A stretch of DNA of 64,000 bases from Diplonema japonicum (taxonomy: Eukaryota > Protista > Euglenozoa: Diplonemea), in NCBI GenBank assembly GCA_964019335.1, contig OZ025746.1:186001-250000 (forward strand). Direction: 5' to 3'. The position numbers and the translations under genes were made by a program. Every line of letters starts with the position of its first letter. The stretch's first letter is position 1. Below are positions 47,265-57,929 of this stretch, piece by piece. A model generated the notes under the pieces. The model was not told the origin of the DNA. It made no database searches and worked only from the letters and a program-made list of their open reading frames with translations.

Positions 47265-47460
47265 CGGAAACAAAAACAATACCGTAATTCCAACTCACGA
47301 AAAAAAAAAAGAAAGAAAAATATCGTTTTTTTTTTCCCCCTCTCCTCCTCCCCCCTTTTCTGTTTATAGTATTTTTTTTTTTTTTTTAATATCGTTCGCC
47401 AGCACGCACAATAAAAAAGAGGAAAAAAAAAAAGAAAACAAACAAAAACAAAAAAATGCT

Positions 47461-48969
47461 TCATTGGTTTCCAGGGTAGTTGGGGCTGTAAGTCTGCCCT
47501 TTGGTCCTCTGCTGGAGGACACCATCCTTGACCCAGACGGGGCCCCTCTGCTCCTGTTCAAACTGGTTGACCATGCGCTGCCTCCAAAGGGAGAGCTGTT
47601 GCTGGTACTCTGGGGAGGTGGAGAGCTCCCTGAGCTCGTGGGGGTCGGCTGTGATGTTGAAGAGCTGCTCGGCTGGGAAGAAGGCGTTGAAGACGTACTT
47701 CATTCTCCCGTCCGTGAGGGCGTTCCAGTGGTTGGTCTCGTTGTAGCAGGTGGAGTGCTCCAGGTCCAGCCACTCCCTCCACTGCGGAGGGCAGCCTGCC
47801 CTCGTGCTGTCGACGAAGCAGAGCAGCGACGCCCCGTCCACGGTCGGAGCCGCCGCCGCCCCCGCCGCGTCCAGCATCGTCGGGAACACGTCTCGCAGCT
47901 CCACCACCGCATCAGGGACCACCGTCCCCCTCGCGATCCCCGCCTTCATGCTGCTGGGCCACCTCACGATCATCGGGACGTGTGCCGACAGCTCGTAAGG
48001 GTACCCCTTCCGCCAGTGGTAGTGGTCCCCCTGCCCGTCCCCGTGGTCCGACGTCCACAGCACCACCGTCTCCTCCAAGAACCCGTTCGCCTCCAGTGCC
48101 CCGTAGATCTTCCCCACCCACTCGTCCACGAACCGCACCGACCCGTAGTAGCCCCTCCGCGACACCGTGAGGTTCGGCTCCGGCATCAACCCACACCAAG
48201 CGTCAGCGTTTTGAGGCCCGCATCCCACCCCCTTGAACATGGTGTCCCACCCGTCCTCTGCCGTGTAGATGGGCGGGAGGTCCGCAGCCGTCACGTTGTC
48301 GTAGATCCGCGCAGGCGGGTCGTACGGAGAGTGCGGTCGGTGGAACGACACCTTCAAGAACCAGCTCCCGTTGATCGACGTCCGCGCCTTGTTCAGGAAC
48401 TCCACAGCAAGGCGGCCCGTCCACGCAGTCGGGTGCAGCGACTCGTTGTAGACATAAGGCGCACCGTTCCAAGAGTTGTAGTCAAGGGTGGGCCACCCGT
48501 CCTCGGGGATCTTGCCGGGCATGAGCCTCTCGAACCACTGGTGGTACTCGTCGTCCTCTGCCGTGAGGCCGTCGTAAAGGGTAGTGGTCTGGTACCCATG
48601 AGGGATACCGTCGTTGATGGTCTTGTTCCAGCCGAAGTGGTCCTTCCCGATGGAGTGTGTGCTGTAGCCAGCGGCGGCAAGGGAGCGAGGCATCTCAACA
48701 GGGTACCTTGGGGCAACAACACCGTAGCCAAGCATTCCGTGGTTCCATGGTTTCTGGCCTGTGAGGAGGGCTGCTCTTGCAGGGGTACAGGTGGGTGTGC
48801 TTGTGTAAGCCTTTGCGAACTTAACCCCCTCGTCTGCCAGCCTGTCGATGTTGGGTGTCCCGGCACCGTGAGCACCGATCGCATCCCACCTCATCTGGTC
48901 CGCCATCATGAATAGCAAGTTCGGCCGTCCAGCGGCAACCAAAGCCGCTATCCCCAAGAGGATCGACAT
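47461..48969 (-). CDS. Secreted formylglycine-dependent arylsulfatase (S1), copy 1
   Basis: RPNLLFMMADQMR, CTPARAALLTG, IGKDH, PHSPY, TSDHGD, RKGYPYE..HVPMI, LFNITADPHE. Confidence 0.93.
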   Translation of the reverse strand: MSILLGIAALVAAGRPNLLFMMADQMRWDAIGAHGAGTPNIDRLADEGVKFAKAYTSTPTCTPARAALLTGQKPWNHGMLGYGVVAPRYPVEMPRSLAAAGYSTHSIGKDHFGWNKTINDGIPHGYQTTTLYDGLTAEDDEYHQWFERLMPGKIPEDGWPTLDYNSWNGAPYVYNESLHPTAWTGRLAVEFLNKARTSINGSWFLKVSFHRPHSPYDPPARIYDNVTAADLPPIYTAEDGWDTMFKGVGCGPQNADAWCGLMPEPNLTVSRRGYYGSVRFVDEWVGKIYGALEANGFLEETVVLWTSDHGDGQGDHYHWRKGYPYELSAHVPMIVRWPSSMKAGIARGTVVPDAVVELRDVFPTMLDAAGAAAAPTVDGASLLCFVDSTRAGCPPQWREWLDLEHSTCYNETNHWNALTDGRMKYVFNAFFPAEQLFNITADPHELRELSTSPEYQQQLSLWRQRMVNQFEQEQRGPVWVKDGVLQQRTKGQTYSPNYPGNQ

Positions 48970-50009
48970 GTTTTTCTCTCTTTTTTGGAAACCCCTTTGT
49001 CTTTTTGTTGGGTTGTATTTTGAAGTGATTCAGATTAATAATAACGCTGGGGGGGGGGGTTATTTTTTTTCTCGCAAAGAAAGGAGGTGAAACAAAAGAG
49101 GGAGACGATGTTTTTTTTTTTTCTTCTTTTTCTTTCTTCTTTTCCTTTTCTTTTTTTCCCCATTCGCCCTGCTTCCTTTTGAGCCTCCCTTCTATTACCT
49201 TTTTGTTTGTCCAGGTGCCTCACCTGGGGGGGGGGGGTAATGAGAAGAGGGAAATTAAAAGGAAGGGGGGGAAGAGAAAAAAAAAGAGAAAGAAGAAAAA
49301 AAAAGAAAACAAATAAAGAGGTAAAAGGAAATCCCTGATCTGGGACGTCCTGTCAATAAATTGAATAAAATCGCACGTGAAAGAAAGAAGATGAGGAAGG
49401 GGGGGGGGGGGGGGGAAGCCCAAGGAAAGCAGTGCTTTGACCCAGCGAAGTCAAAATCTTCTTTTACATTTTTTTTTTTTTTTTTTTTTCCCCTTTTTTT
49501 CCCTTTTTTTTTCTTCTTTTTTTTTTTTCTCTTATTCCAGTTCTCCTTCTCGGAAATCCAGGTTTAAAAGAAAAATGGAATGGGTCATCCCTCTTCTCAT
49601 CCCCCACTGGAGAGCCAATGCAAGGGAGAGAAGGTGCTATGACACATAGAAAGAAGAAAGACCCGCGAGCATGGCAAGGATCAGGGCGAGCAACAAAAGA
49701 AAAGGAGTGAAAACAAAAGAAGAAAGGGAACAACAAAGGCACCGCTGAGGGGAGGAAAAGGTTTGGGAATGGCAACAAAGGCCTCTTACGCTCACCTCTC
49801 CCCCACTGGTGCGTCGCAATTCTTCGATGAAAAAAAAAAAAAGGATAGTGTGGGTAAAGAAAACAAAACAAAAAAAAACCTTCACAAGAATACCATTGTC
49901 GGTTGTCTTTTATGATTTTTTTTTTTTTTTTTTTTGGAAAGAACGCGGTAAAGTGGGGGGGAAAGAAAATCAGGGAAAGAGAATGAAATGAGAGGTGTTC
50001 ACTACATTC

Positions 50010-51629
50010 TTAGTTGCATGCCCCTGAGGGGTTGTTGGAGCAGGTGCAGTCCTGCTCAGGGCAGACAGCAGGGTCGACCGTCTCCGAGAAGTCCCAACCG
50101 ATGCAGTGGTAGCAGGTGATGGCGTTCCATGGGTCGTACCTCCTCTTCGACCTGAGGAGCCTGTTGTAGTTGTCCATGCTTCCCCAGTAGCGCTCCTTCC
50201 AGTCGTTCTTCGGGAAGTTGTGCTGCGGTTCGTTCCAGTACACCCAGCCTGCTCCGAAGGGGCGGATCGTGCTCTCTCCCCATGCGTCCATGTCGGCCAC
50301 CATCTGCTCCCTCTGCTCCACGGTCGCACTGTCCGCCCATGTCCCCACGCAGGTCACTTGGATGTCTGCGTTTCTCATCGCCGGCGACACAGAAGTCCTC
50401 TTCCCCTCCTCGTCGATCTTCTTCATCTCCCCGCCCAGCACGCTGCTCTGCGTGCAGAACTTCGTCATCGGAACCGTCTCCGCCTTCAACACCCACGCCG
50501 TTGTGGTCTGGATGAGGTCGAAGGCCTTCTCCGCCGACACAGACGCGGAGATGGTGTACTGGTTCCCTCCTGCAGAGGGGGCGAGAGCGTTCACAAGGTT
50601 GTAGTAGGTGTCCTCGTCGTTCTGCTGGCAGTTCCCAGGGAGAAGCCCAGGGACGCATCCCGGGAGGCTCGACACCTTCGAGATGTGCCTGTCGCAGTCG
50701 TCGCCGTAGCAGAACGCGATCATGAAGACAGGGTTCCCTGGGATGAAGCCCATCGTGAGGTAGTACCCTCCAGAATGCTTCGTTGCCCCAGAGATGAAGT
50801 CGTGGTAGCCCTGCATGACTGCAGTGGACTGCTCGGGGGATTGCGGGAAGAATGCCCCGAAGAATGTGGTAACCTTTTGGGGAGTGGGGTGCAGCTTGAT
50901 CGTCATGCTCACGGTGATACCGTAGGCGGAACCACCGCTCCCGAGGAGCGACCTGAACAGTTCCTTGTGGCTGTGTTCCGAAGCTGTCACGACCCTCCCG
51001 TTGGTGAGGACCACACGCATGGAGACAACGTGGTCCACACCTAGACCGTGCAGCCTGCTGAGGTAGCCGTGACCACCGCCGGTGGTCCACCCGTATGGGC
51101 CAACGGTGCTGTCCGCCCCCGTCGCCACGGCCCACTCCTCATAGGTCTCCTCCTTCACGAAGCCGGCGATGTCCCCCCAGGTCTGTCCGGGGCCCACAGT
51201 GATGTGCTTCTCCTCCCCTGCGTCCACGAGGGTCTTTTCGTCAAAGTTGGTCATCACGATGTGGACTGCGTTGTCGGCGATGTTCCTGACGTCCATGTGG
51301 TGCCCTGTGCTCAGCACAGAGATCCTCATGTTGTGCCACCTTGCGAAGCGGAGCGTCTTCTGGATGTCTCTGATACAGTTGGGGAACACGATCACTGCAG
51401 GCTGCGGGAGGTTCGTCCTTGTGCTGAAGGTGTACGGTGCGTACTCCGCATCACCCTTCACGTGCACCTCCCCACGGATGAAGTGCTTGAACCACATGAA
51501 CTGGCTCCCGCTGGGCCACAGCCAGTCCCCAGGAAGGCTGTACCTGTAGCCGCGGTGGTATCCGCCCCACCCCTCAGCTTCCACAATGGAGAGCGACAGA
51601 AGGGCAAGTACAGCAAGAAAGGTTTTCAT
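50010..51629 (-). CDS. Secreted FAD-linked berberine-bridge-enzyme-like (AA7-type) oxidoreductase, copy 1
   Basis: Signal peptide; STGHH, TVGPYGWTTGGGHG.LSR.HGLGVD, ELFRSL.GSGG, YWNE...YWG..NY.RL...K..YDP.N. Confidence 0.9.
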   Translation of the reverse strand: MKTFLAVLALLSLSIVEAEGWGGYHRGYRYSLPGDWLWPSGSQFMWFKHFIRGEVHVKGDAEYAPYTFSTRTNLPQPAVIVFPNCIRDIQKTLRFARWHNMRISVLSTGHHMDVRNIADNAVHIVMTNFDEKTLVDAGEEKHITVGPGQTWGDIAGFVKEETYEEWAVATGADSTVGPYGWTTGGGHGYLSRLHGLGVDHVVSMRVVLTNGRVVTASEHSHKELFRSLLGSGGSAYGITVSMTIKLHPTPQKVTTFFGAFFPQSPEQSTAVMQGYHDFISGATKHSGGYYLTMGFIPGNPVFMIAFCYGDDCDRHISKVSSLPGCVPGLLPGNCQQNDEDTYYNLVNALAPSAGGNQYTISASVSAEKAFDLIQTTTAWVLKAETVPMTKFCTQSSVLGGEMKKIDEEGKRTSVSPAMRNADIQVTCVGTWADSATVEQREQMVADMDAWGESTIRPFGAGWVYWNEPQHNFPKNDWKERYWGSMDNYNRLLRSKRRYDPWNAITCYHCIGWDFSETVDPAVCPEQDCTCSNNPSGACN

Positions 51630-52824
51630 ATTGTGGTGTTGCGAAACTGTGATGGTGAGCTTTTTAGTCTTTCAGTTGAAAAAGAAAAAAAAAAAAAGTA
51701 GCAGCTGGGAGGGGCACAGTGTCCCTCATTAGATACGAAAGCACAGAGAGGCAATAGAGAGGCAAGGGGAGTAGGAAGGGGTCAAAAAAAATTAAGGAAT
51801 CAAGACACGCCCGCTGTGAAAACGAAATTTCACAAAAAGAAAAAAGAAAATAAAAAAGAAAATAAAACAAAATGCATTTTCGCACGTAACTGGGGAAGGG
51901 AGGGGTCATTCCCCCCCCAAAAAAAGTGTTTTATGGGCACATGGGACACAATTTCAGATGAACAGATACGGGGGGAAATGAAAAGAGAAGAGAATCGTTA
52001 GCGCCTTCTCCCCGCTTTGTAACTTTGAGAGTGTTTGCCATTGTGACCCCCTTTTTTTATATTTTACAAACATAAAATAAATTCCTCGGCTAACATTCGG
52101 GCAAAGAAAGGAAAGAGAGTGAGTGAGTGTGAATAAAAGAAAAAAGAATCGCAAAAAGAAAGAAGAAAACAAAAGGTAATTTAATTTAAAAAAGATCGAT
52201 GCGAAGAAAAGGAAATCAGGGCTAAGAGACATTAACAAAAGGAAAAAAAAAAGGGGAACGAAGACAGAAAGGAGAAAACCTTAGAGCACGAAATGCATCT
52301 ATTGTGGCTTTCTTTTTTTTCTCTCTACTTTTTCCCTGTCATGTCTCAAACCGTGTTCTCTTTTCTTTCTTTTTTTTTTTGAATAGGCACAGAAAAAACT
52401 TTTTACTTCTCTGTCCCCACTTAGTACAACAAAAAGAGCTTTTTTTTTTATTGTGTTCTAAAGAGCAGAAATTGAGCCAAATAAAAAAGAGAAACCATAT
52501 AGTCATGAATAGTACGAAGACGAGAAAAAAAAGTGGGGGCGAAAAAAAAAAGAAAGAAGGGCTACCTCCTCCTCTTTTTTTTATTTCTTTTCCCCCCTTT
52601 TTTTCCCTTACCTTCAAATTCAACCCCCCCCCCCTCCCCCCTACACTACATTAGAAAACACATCACAACCAAAAGAGCGGGGGGGGGGGAGAAAAAAAAG
52701 AAAGTGGGACAAAAAAAAAAAGTGAGCTGGGAAAAGTGAATCAAACAAAAAAAAAACAAAGGGGGAGGGGGGAAAAAAAAGAAGAAAGAAAAACGTGGAA
52801 CGACGTGTCATGTCTTAAGATTTT

Positions 52825-54444
52825 CTAATTGCATTCCCCCTCCGGATTGTTGGAGCAGGTGCAATTCTGCTCAGGGCAGACGGCAATATCAACATCATCA
52901 TCGTTGAAGTCCCAACCGATGCAGTGGTAGCAGGTGATGGCGTTCAAGGGGTCGTACCTCCTCTTCGACCTGAGGAGCCTGCGGTAGTTGCTCATACCGC
53001 CCCAGTAGCGCTCCTTCCAGTCGTTCTCGGGGAAGTTGTGCTGCGGTTCGTTCCAGTACACCCAACCAGTCCCGAAGGGACGGACAACGTCCTCACCCCA
53101 CTGGTCCATGTCGGCCACCATCTGCTCCCTCTGGTCAACTGTCGCGGTCTCCGCCCATGTCCCAACACACGTCAACTGAATCTCCGTGTTTCTCATCGCT
53201 GGGGCAACAGATGTGTCATCACCATCAACATCGAGATTTTTCATCTCCCCACCAAGCAGGGAGGTTTGCGTGCAGAATTTCGTCATGGGGTAGGTTTCAT
53301 CCTTCGTCACCCAAGCCGTCGTCGCCTTGATAAGGTCGTACGTCTTGTCTGCTGTTACAGAGGTTGAAACACTGTACTGAGGACCACCTGCCCCGGGGGT
53401 GATCGAGTTCAACAGAGTGTAATAATTGTTAGTGTTGTTCTGCTGGCAGTTTCCAGGGAGAAGCCCAGGGATGCAGTTAGGGAGGCTCGACACCTTCGAG
53501 ATGTGCCTGTCGCAGTCGTCGCCGTAGCAGAACGTGATCATGAAGACGGGCTTCCCTGGGATCATCCCCATTGTGAGGTAGTACCCTCCAGCGTATTTCG
53601 TTGCACCGCTCAAAAAGTTGTGGTAGCTCTGCATGACCGTGTCGTACTCCGTTGCTGACTGTGGGATGAATGCACCAAGGAATGTGGTGACCTTTTTGGG
53701 AGTGGGGTGCAGTCGGATCGTCATGCTTACAGTGATACCGTAGGCGGAACCTCCGCTTCCACGGAGGGATCTGAACAGTTCCTTGTGGCTGTGTTCCGAA
53801 GCTGTCACGACCCTCCCGTTGGTGAGGACCACACGCATGGAGACAACGTGGTCCACACCTAGACCGTACAGCCTGCTGAGGTAGCCGTGACCACCGCCGG
53901 TGGTCCACCCGTATGGGCCAACGGTGCTGTCACCGCCTGTGGCAATGGCCCATTCTTCGTTGGTAGCCTCCTGCACGTGCTTTGAAATGTCAGCGAAGGG
54001 TTGCCCGGGACCCACTTTGATGTGTTTTTCATCACCGACATCGATGATCTGCTTTTCGTTGAAGTTGTACATCACGATGTGGACTGCGTTGTCGGCGATG
54101 TTCCTGACGTCCATGTGGTGCCCCGTGCTCAGCACAGAGATTCTCATGTTGTGCCACCTTGCGAAGCGGAGCGTCTTCTGGATGTCTCTGATACAGTTGG
54201 GGTACACCATCATTGCGGGTTTCGGTGTGTTGGTTCTGGTGCTGAAGGTGTACGGCAGGTAGCCGTCGTCGCCTTTCAGGTAGACATCGCCACCCACGGT
54301 TTTCTTGAACCATTCCATCTTCGACTGGCTCGGCCATAGCCAGTCACCCGGGAGACTGTACCTGTAGCCGTGGTAGAAGCCTCCCCACGCTTCAGCACCC
54401 CCAGTGAGGGCCAGAAGCATGCTGGCGAGCAGCAGAGCTTTCAT
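52825..54444 (-). CDS. BBE-like FAD oxidoreductase, copy 2
   Basis: Same motifs and length as copy 1; start MKALLL after a poly(A) tract. Confidence 0.9.
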   Translation of the reverse strand: MKALLLASMLLALTGGAEAWGGFYHGYRYSLPGDWLWPSQSKMEWFKKTVGGDVYLKGDDGYLPYTFSTRTNTPKPAMMVYPNCIRDIQKTLRFARWHNMRISVLSTGHHMDVRNIADNAVHIVMYNFNEKQIIDVGDEKHIKVGPGQPFADISKHVQEATNEEWAIATGGDSTVGPYGWTTGGGHGYLSRLYGLGVDHVVSMRVVLTNGRVVTASEHSHKELFRSLRGSGGSAYGITVSMTIRLHPTPKKVTTFLGAFIPQSATEYDTVMQSYHNFLSGATKYAGGYYLTMGMIPGKPVFMITFCYGDDCDRHISKVSSLPNCIPGLLPGNCQQNNTNNYYTLLNSITPGAGGPQYSVSTSVTADKTYDLIKATTAWVTKDETYPMTKFCTQTSLLGGEMKNLDVDGDDTSVAPAMRNTEIQLTCVGTWAETATVDQREQMVADMDQWGEDVVRPFGTGWVYWNEPQHNFPENDWKERYWGGMSNYRRLLRSKRRYDPLNAITCYHCIGWDFNDDDVDIAVCPEQNCTCSNNPEGECN

Positions 54445-54762
54445 TTTTTTTTTTTTTTTTTTTTTTTTGAAAAGGCTGTTTTCTTTTTGTTTTGGAGCAC
54501 AGTTTGGAACAAGTAAAAATGCAAAGATGTGAATACGTTTGGTTGACAACTTATCTTATAACAATCGGCAATTTTCTGCAGGTAAGCTACAGAGATGAAC
54601 AATTTCTATCTTTTTTTTTTATTGTGTGCTTAGATCTGTCCTCCCGCATTGTGAGAGAGCCCAAGAAGGAGATAAAGCAAGAAGAAGAGCCATCACTCTG
54701 TTCATTCATAAGAATAACTCGAAGCGCCAATAGCACGCACTTCCCCCCCCGATTTGTTGGTT

Positions 54763-56280
54763 TTACTCACTAGCTTCAGTTCCAGGGTAGTTGGGGCTGT
54801 AAGTCTGCCCTTTGGTCCTCTGCTGGAGGACACCATCCTTGACCCAGACGGGGCCCCTCTGCTCCTGTTCAAACTGGTTGACCATGCGCTGCCTCCAAAG
54901 GGAGAGCTGTTGCTGGTACTCTGGGGAGGTGGAGAGCTCCCTGAGCTCGTGGGGGTCGGCTGTGATGTTGAAGAGCTGCTCGGCTGGGAAGAAGGCGTTG
55001 AAGACGTACTTCATTCTCCCGTCCGTGAGGGCGTTCCAGTGGTTGGTCTCGTTGTAGCAGGTGGAGTGCTCCAGGTCCAGCCACTCCCTCCACTGCGGAG
55101 GGCAGCCTGCCCTCGTGCTGTCGACGAAGCAGAGCAGCGACGCCCCGTCCACGGTCGGAGCCGCCGCCGCCCCCGCCGCGTCCAGCATCGTCGGGAACAC
55201 GTCTCGCAGCTCCACCACCGCATCAGGGACCACCGTCCCCCTCGCGATCCCCGCCTTCATGCTGCTGGGCCACCTCACGATCATCGGGACGTGTGCCGAC
55301 AGCTCGTAAGGGTACCCCTTCCGCCAGTGGTAGTGGTCCCCCTGCCCGTCCCCGTGGTCCGACGTCCACAGCACCACCGTCTCCTCCAAGAACCCGTTCG
55401 CCTCCAGTGCCCCGTAGATCTTCCCCACCCACTCGTCCACGAACCGCACCGACCCGTAGTAGCCCCTCCGCGACACCGTGAGGTTCGGCTCCGGCATCAA
55501 CCCACACCAAGCGTCAGCGTTTTGAGGCCCGCATCCCACCCCCTTGAACATGGTGTCCCACCCGTCCTCTGCCGTGTAGATGGGCGGGAGGTCCGCAGCC
55601 GTCACGTTGTCGTAGATCCGCGCAGGCGGGTCGTACGGAGAGTGCGGTCGGTGGAACGACACCTTCAAGAACCAGCTCCCGTTGATCGACGTCCGCGCCT
55701 TGTTCAGGAACTCCACAGCAAGGCGGCCCGTCCACGCAGTCGGGTGCAGCGACTCGTTGTAGACATAAGGCGCACCGTTCCAAGAGTTCATGTCGAGGGT
55801 GGGCCACCCGTCCTCGGGGATCTTGCCGGGCATCTCTTGCTCGAACCACTGGTGGTACTGGTCAGGCTCCGTGGGCTTGCCATCGTAAAGAGTAGTAGTC
55901 TGGTACCCGTGAGGCACACCGTCCTCGGACGTGGTGTTCCAGCCGAAGTGGTCCTTCCCGATGGAGTGTGTGCTGTAGCCAGCGGCGGCAAGGGAGCGAG
56001 GCATCTCAACAGGGTACCTTGGGGCAACAACACCGTAGCCAAGCATTCCGTGGTTCCATGGTTTCTGGCCTGTGAGGAGGGCTGCTCTTGCAGGGGTACA
56101 GGTGGGTGTGCTTGTGTAAGCCTTTGCGAACTTAACCCCCTCGTCTGCCAGCCTGTCGATGTTGGGTGTCCCGGCACCGTGAGCACCGATCGCATCCCAC
56201 CTCATCTGGTCCGCCATCATGAATAGCAAGTTCGGCCGTCCAGCGGCAGCCAAAGCCGCTATCCCCAAGAGGATCGACAT
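54763..56280 (-). CDS. Arylsulfatase, copy 2
   Basis: Nearly identical to copy 1 except one internal patch, one N-terminal residue and the last residues. Confidence 0.93.
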   Translation of the reverse strand: MSILLGIAALAAAGRPNLLFMMADQMRWDAIGAHGAGTPNIDRLADEGVKFAKAYTSTPTCTPARAALLTGQKPWNHGMLGYGVVAPRYPVEMPRSLAAAGYSTHSIGKDHFGWNTTSEDGVPHGYQTTTLYDGKPTEPDQYHQWFEQEMPGKIPEDGWPTLDMNSWNGAPYVYNESLHPTAWTGRLAVEFLNKARTSINGSWFLKVSFHRPHSPYDPPARIYDNVTAADLPPIYTAEDGWDTMFKGVGCGPQNADAWCGLMPEPNLTVSRRGYYGSVRFVDEWVGKIYGALEANGFLEETVVLWTSDHGDGQGDHYHWRKGYPYELSAHVPMIVRWPSSMKAGIARGTVVPDAVVELRDVFPTMLDAAGAAAAPTVDGASLLCFVDSTRAGCPPQWREWLDLEHSTCYNETNHWNALTDGRMKYVFNAFFPAEQLFNITADPHELRELSTSPEYQQQLSLWRQRMVNQFEQEQRGPVWVKDGVLQQRTKGQTYSPNYPGTEASE

Positions 56281-57010
56281 GTTTTTCTCGTGTGTGAAAA
56301 CCTTTTTTTTTTCTTTTTTTTTTTTCGAACTGGTGAATCAGAAGGGCACTAATATCTGTTTCGCGCCCTGTTCAGGACGTTGAACACAAGAAATAATACA
56401 GACACAGTGCGACTGCCTTGAAAGACAAAATTGAGATCAATGCACATCGCTTAGCAGTCAGCCAGCTAAGTTATCGATAAAAAAGAAAACTGACGTGTGT
56501 GAAATGTGTAATCAAGTGCCTGAACTGTGTCTAAATAACCCAGGTTCTTTCCTAATATGAGCGTGGAGTGTCAACTGGGATTTCTTTCTTTTTTTTTTTT
56601 TTTTGAAATCGACCCGATTGACCAGGTTTAAGAGATATATGGGGCGTTATATAAAAAAAAAAAATAAAAGAATTAACTAATGTTTCCGAAGAATAAAAAA
56701 GGGGGGGAGGGGACGGGCAGGGATTTCTTCTTTCTTATTTTTTTTGTTGTCTTTCTTCTTTTTTTTTTTGCCTTTTTTTTTTGCCTTTTTTTTTTTTTGC
56801 CTTTTTCGCTGCTACGTTTCCCTTTTTTTTTTCCCTCTTACCCCTCTCTCATTTCTTTATTATTTTTTTAAACCATTCCTACGGTAGAAAAAAAAGGGGG
56901 GAGGGGAGAGAGAGAGGGGGGGAAACACATACCGAAGAATAAGAAAGAAGGGGGAAAGACTAAAAAAAAAGGGCGTAAAAAACCCCACAAAAAGAAATAT
57001 ATAACCAGAA

Positions 57011-57048
<38 letters not shown>

Positions 57049-57194
57049 CATGGAAAGATTTTTTTTTTTTTTTCTTCAATTTTTTTTTTCTTTCAAGATT
57101 TTTTTTTTAAAGGAAAGAAACGCTGAAGTGGGAGGGTACGGATGGGACAAACACATTTTTTTTTTATTCTCTTTTTTTTTTTTGCTCTCCACGT

Positions 57195-57889
57195 TCATAA
57201 ACCTTCATCAACTTTGCACCATAGCGTGTCCCAAAACTCCAACGGCTGAGCAATCATGAATTTTGTCAGGGTGATTTCACCCTGCGTGGGCTGCGGTGGC
57301 TTCTTGGAATAGCTCACGGGAGGGGGAAACACAAAGGCTACGATAACCTCTGCCAACGTGCTTGCAGACAACCCCGTCAGAAACACATGGTGCAGAAGCA
57401 AGAAAAAATCGCAAGCTAGAGAGAGGTGTTCGGGAGGGAGTCGAAGAAGCGCGTTACTAACCCGAGCCGTAGCTGGTTCCTTCTGTGCTATGGCACCCTC
57501 AGGAAGACACAAATCAGCTCCGGCAGAGCACAATTCCATAACCTGTGGTCCAAAAACTCCCCCGCCCGGTATTTGCTGCATAAACTGCATCAACAGCCAC
57601 ACCACCTTGGGCAGACCCAACCCCGGTAGGTCCAACTGCCCCATTCCGCTTTCATCCACCTCTTCCGTTGACTTATTTAATTCTGTGAAAACCTCGCGTG
57701 ATGACAGCCCGTGGACCCCTACCCACTGTATACACTGGTATGGCAATGTGGGATAGTCCCGGTTTTGCTGGTCAGCTCGCCGCATTACGTCTTCGAATTT
57801 TAAGCCGATTTGAGAGGCTGCAGCCACGCCCCCGCAGGATTTAATGAGACTTTCAGCAGCGGGGAATCTTCTGGGGTCGATCTAAAAAT

Positions 57890-57929
<40 letters not shown>

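Noticed and set aside
47464-48915. Long plus-strand ORFs antisense to the sulfatases (also 54754-56226, 10792-12816, 50106-51044)
   Set aside because: Shadow ORFs expected from GC-rich codon usage of the real minus-strand genes; no recognisable motifs.
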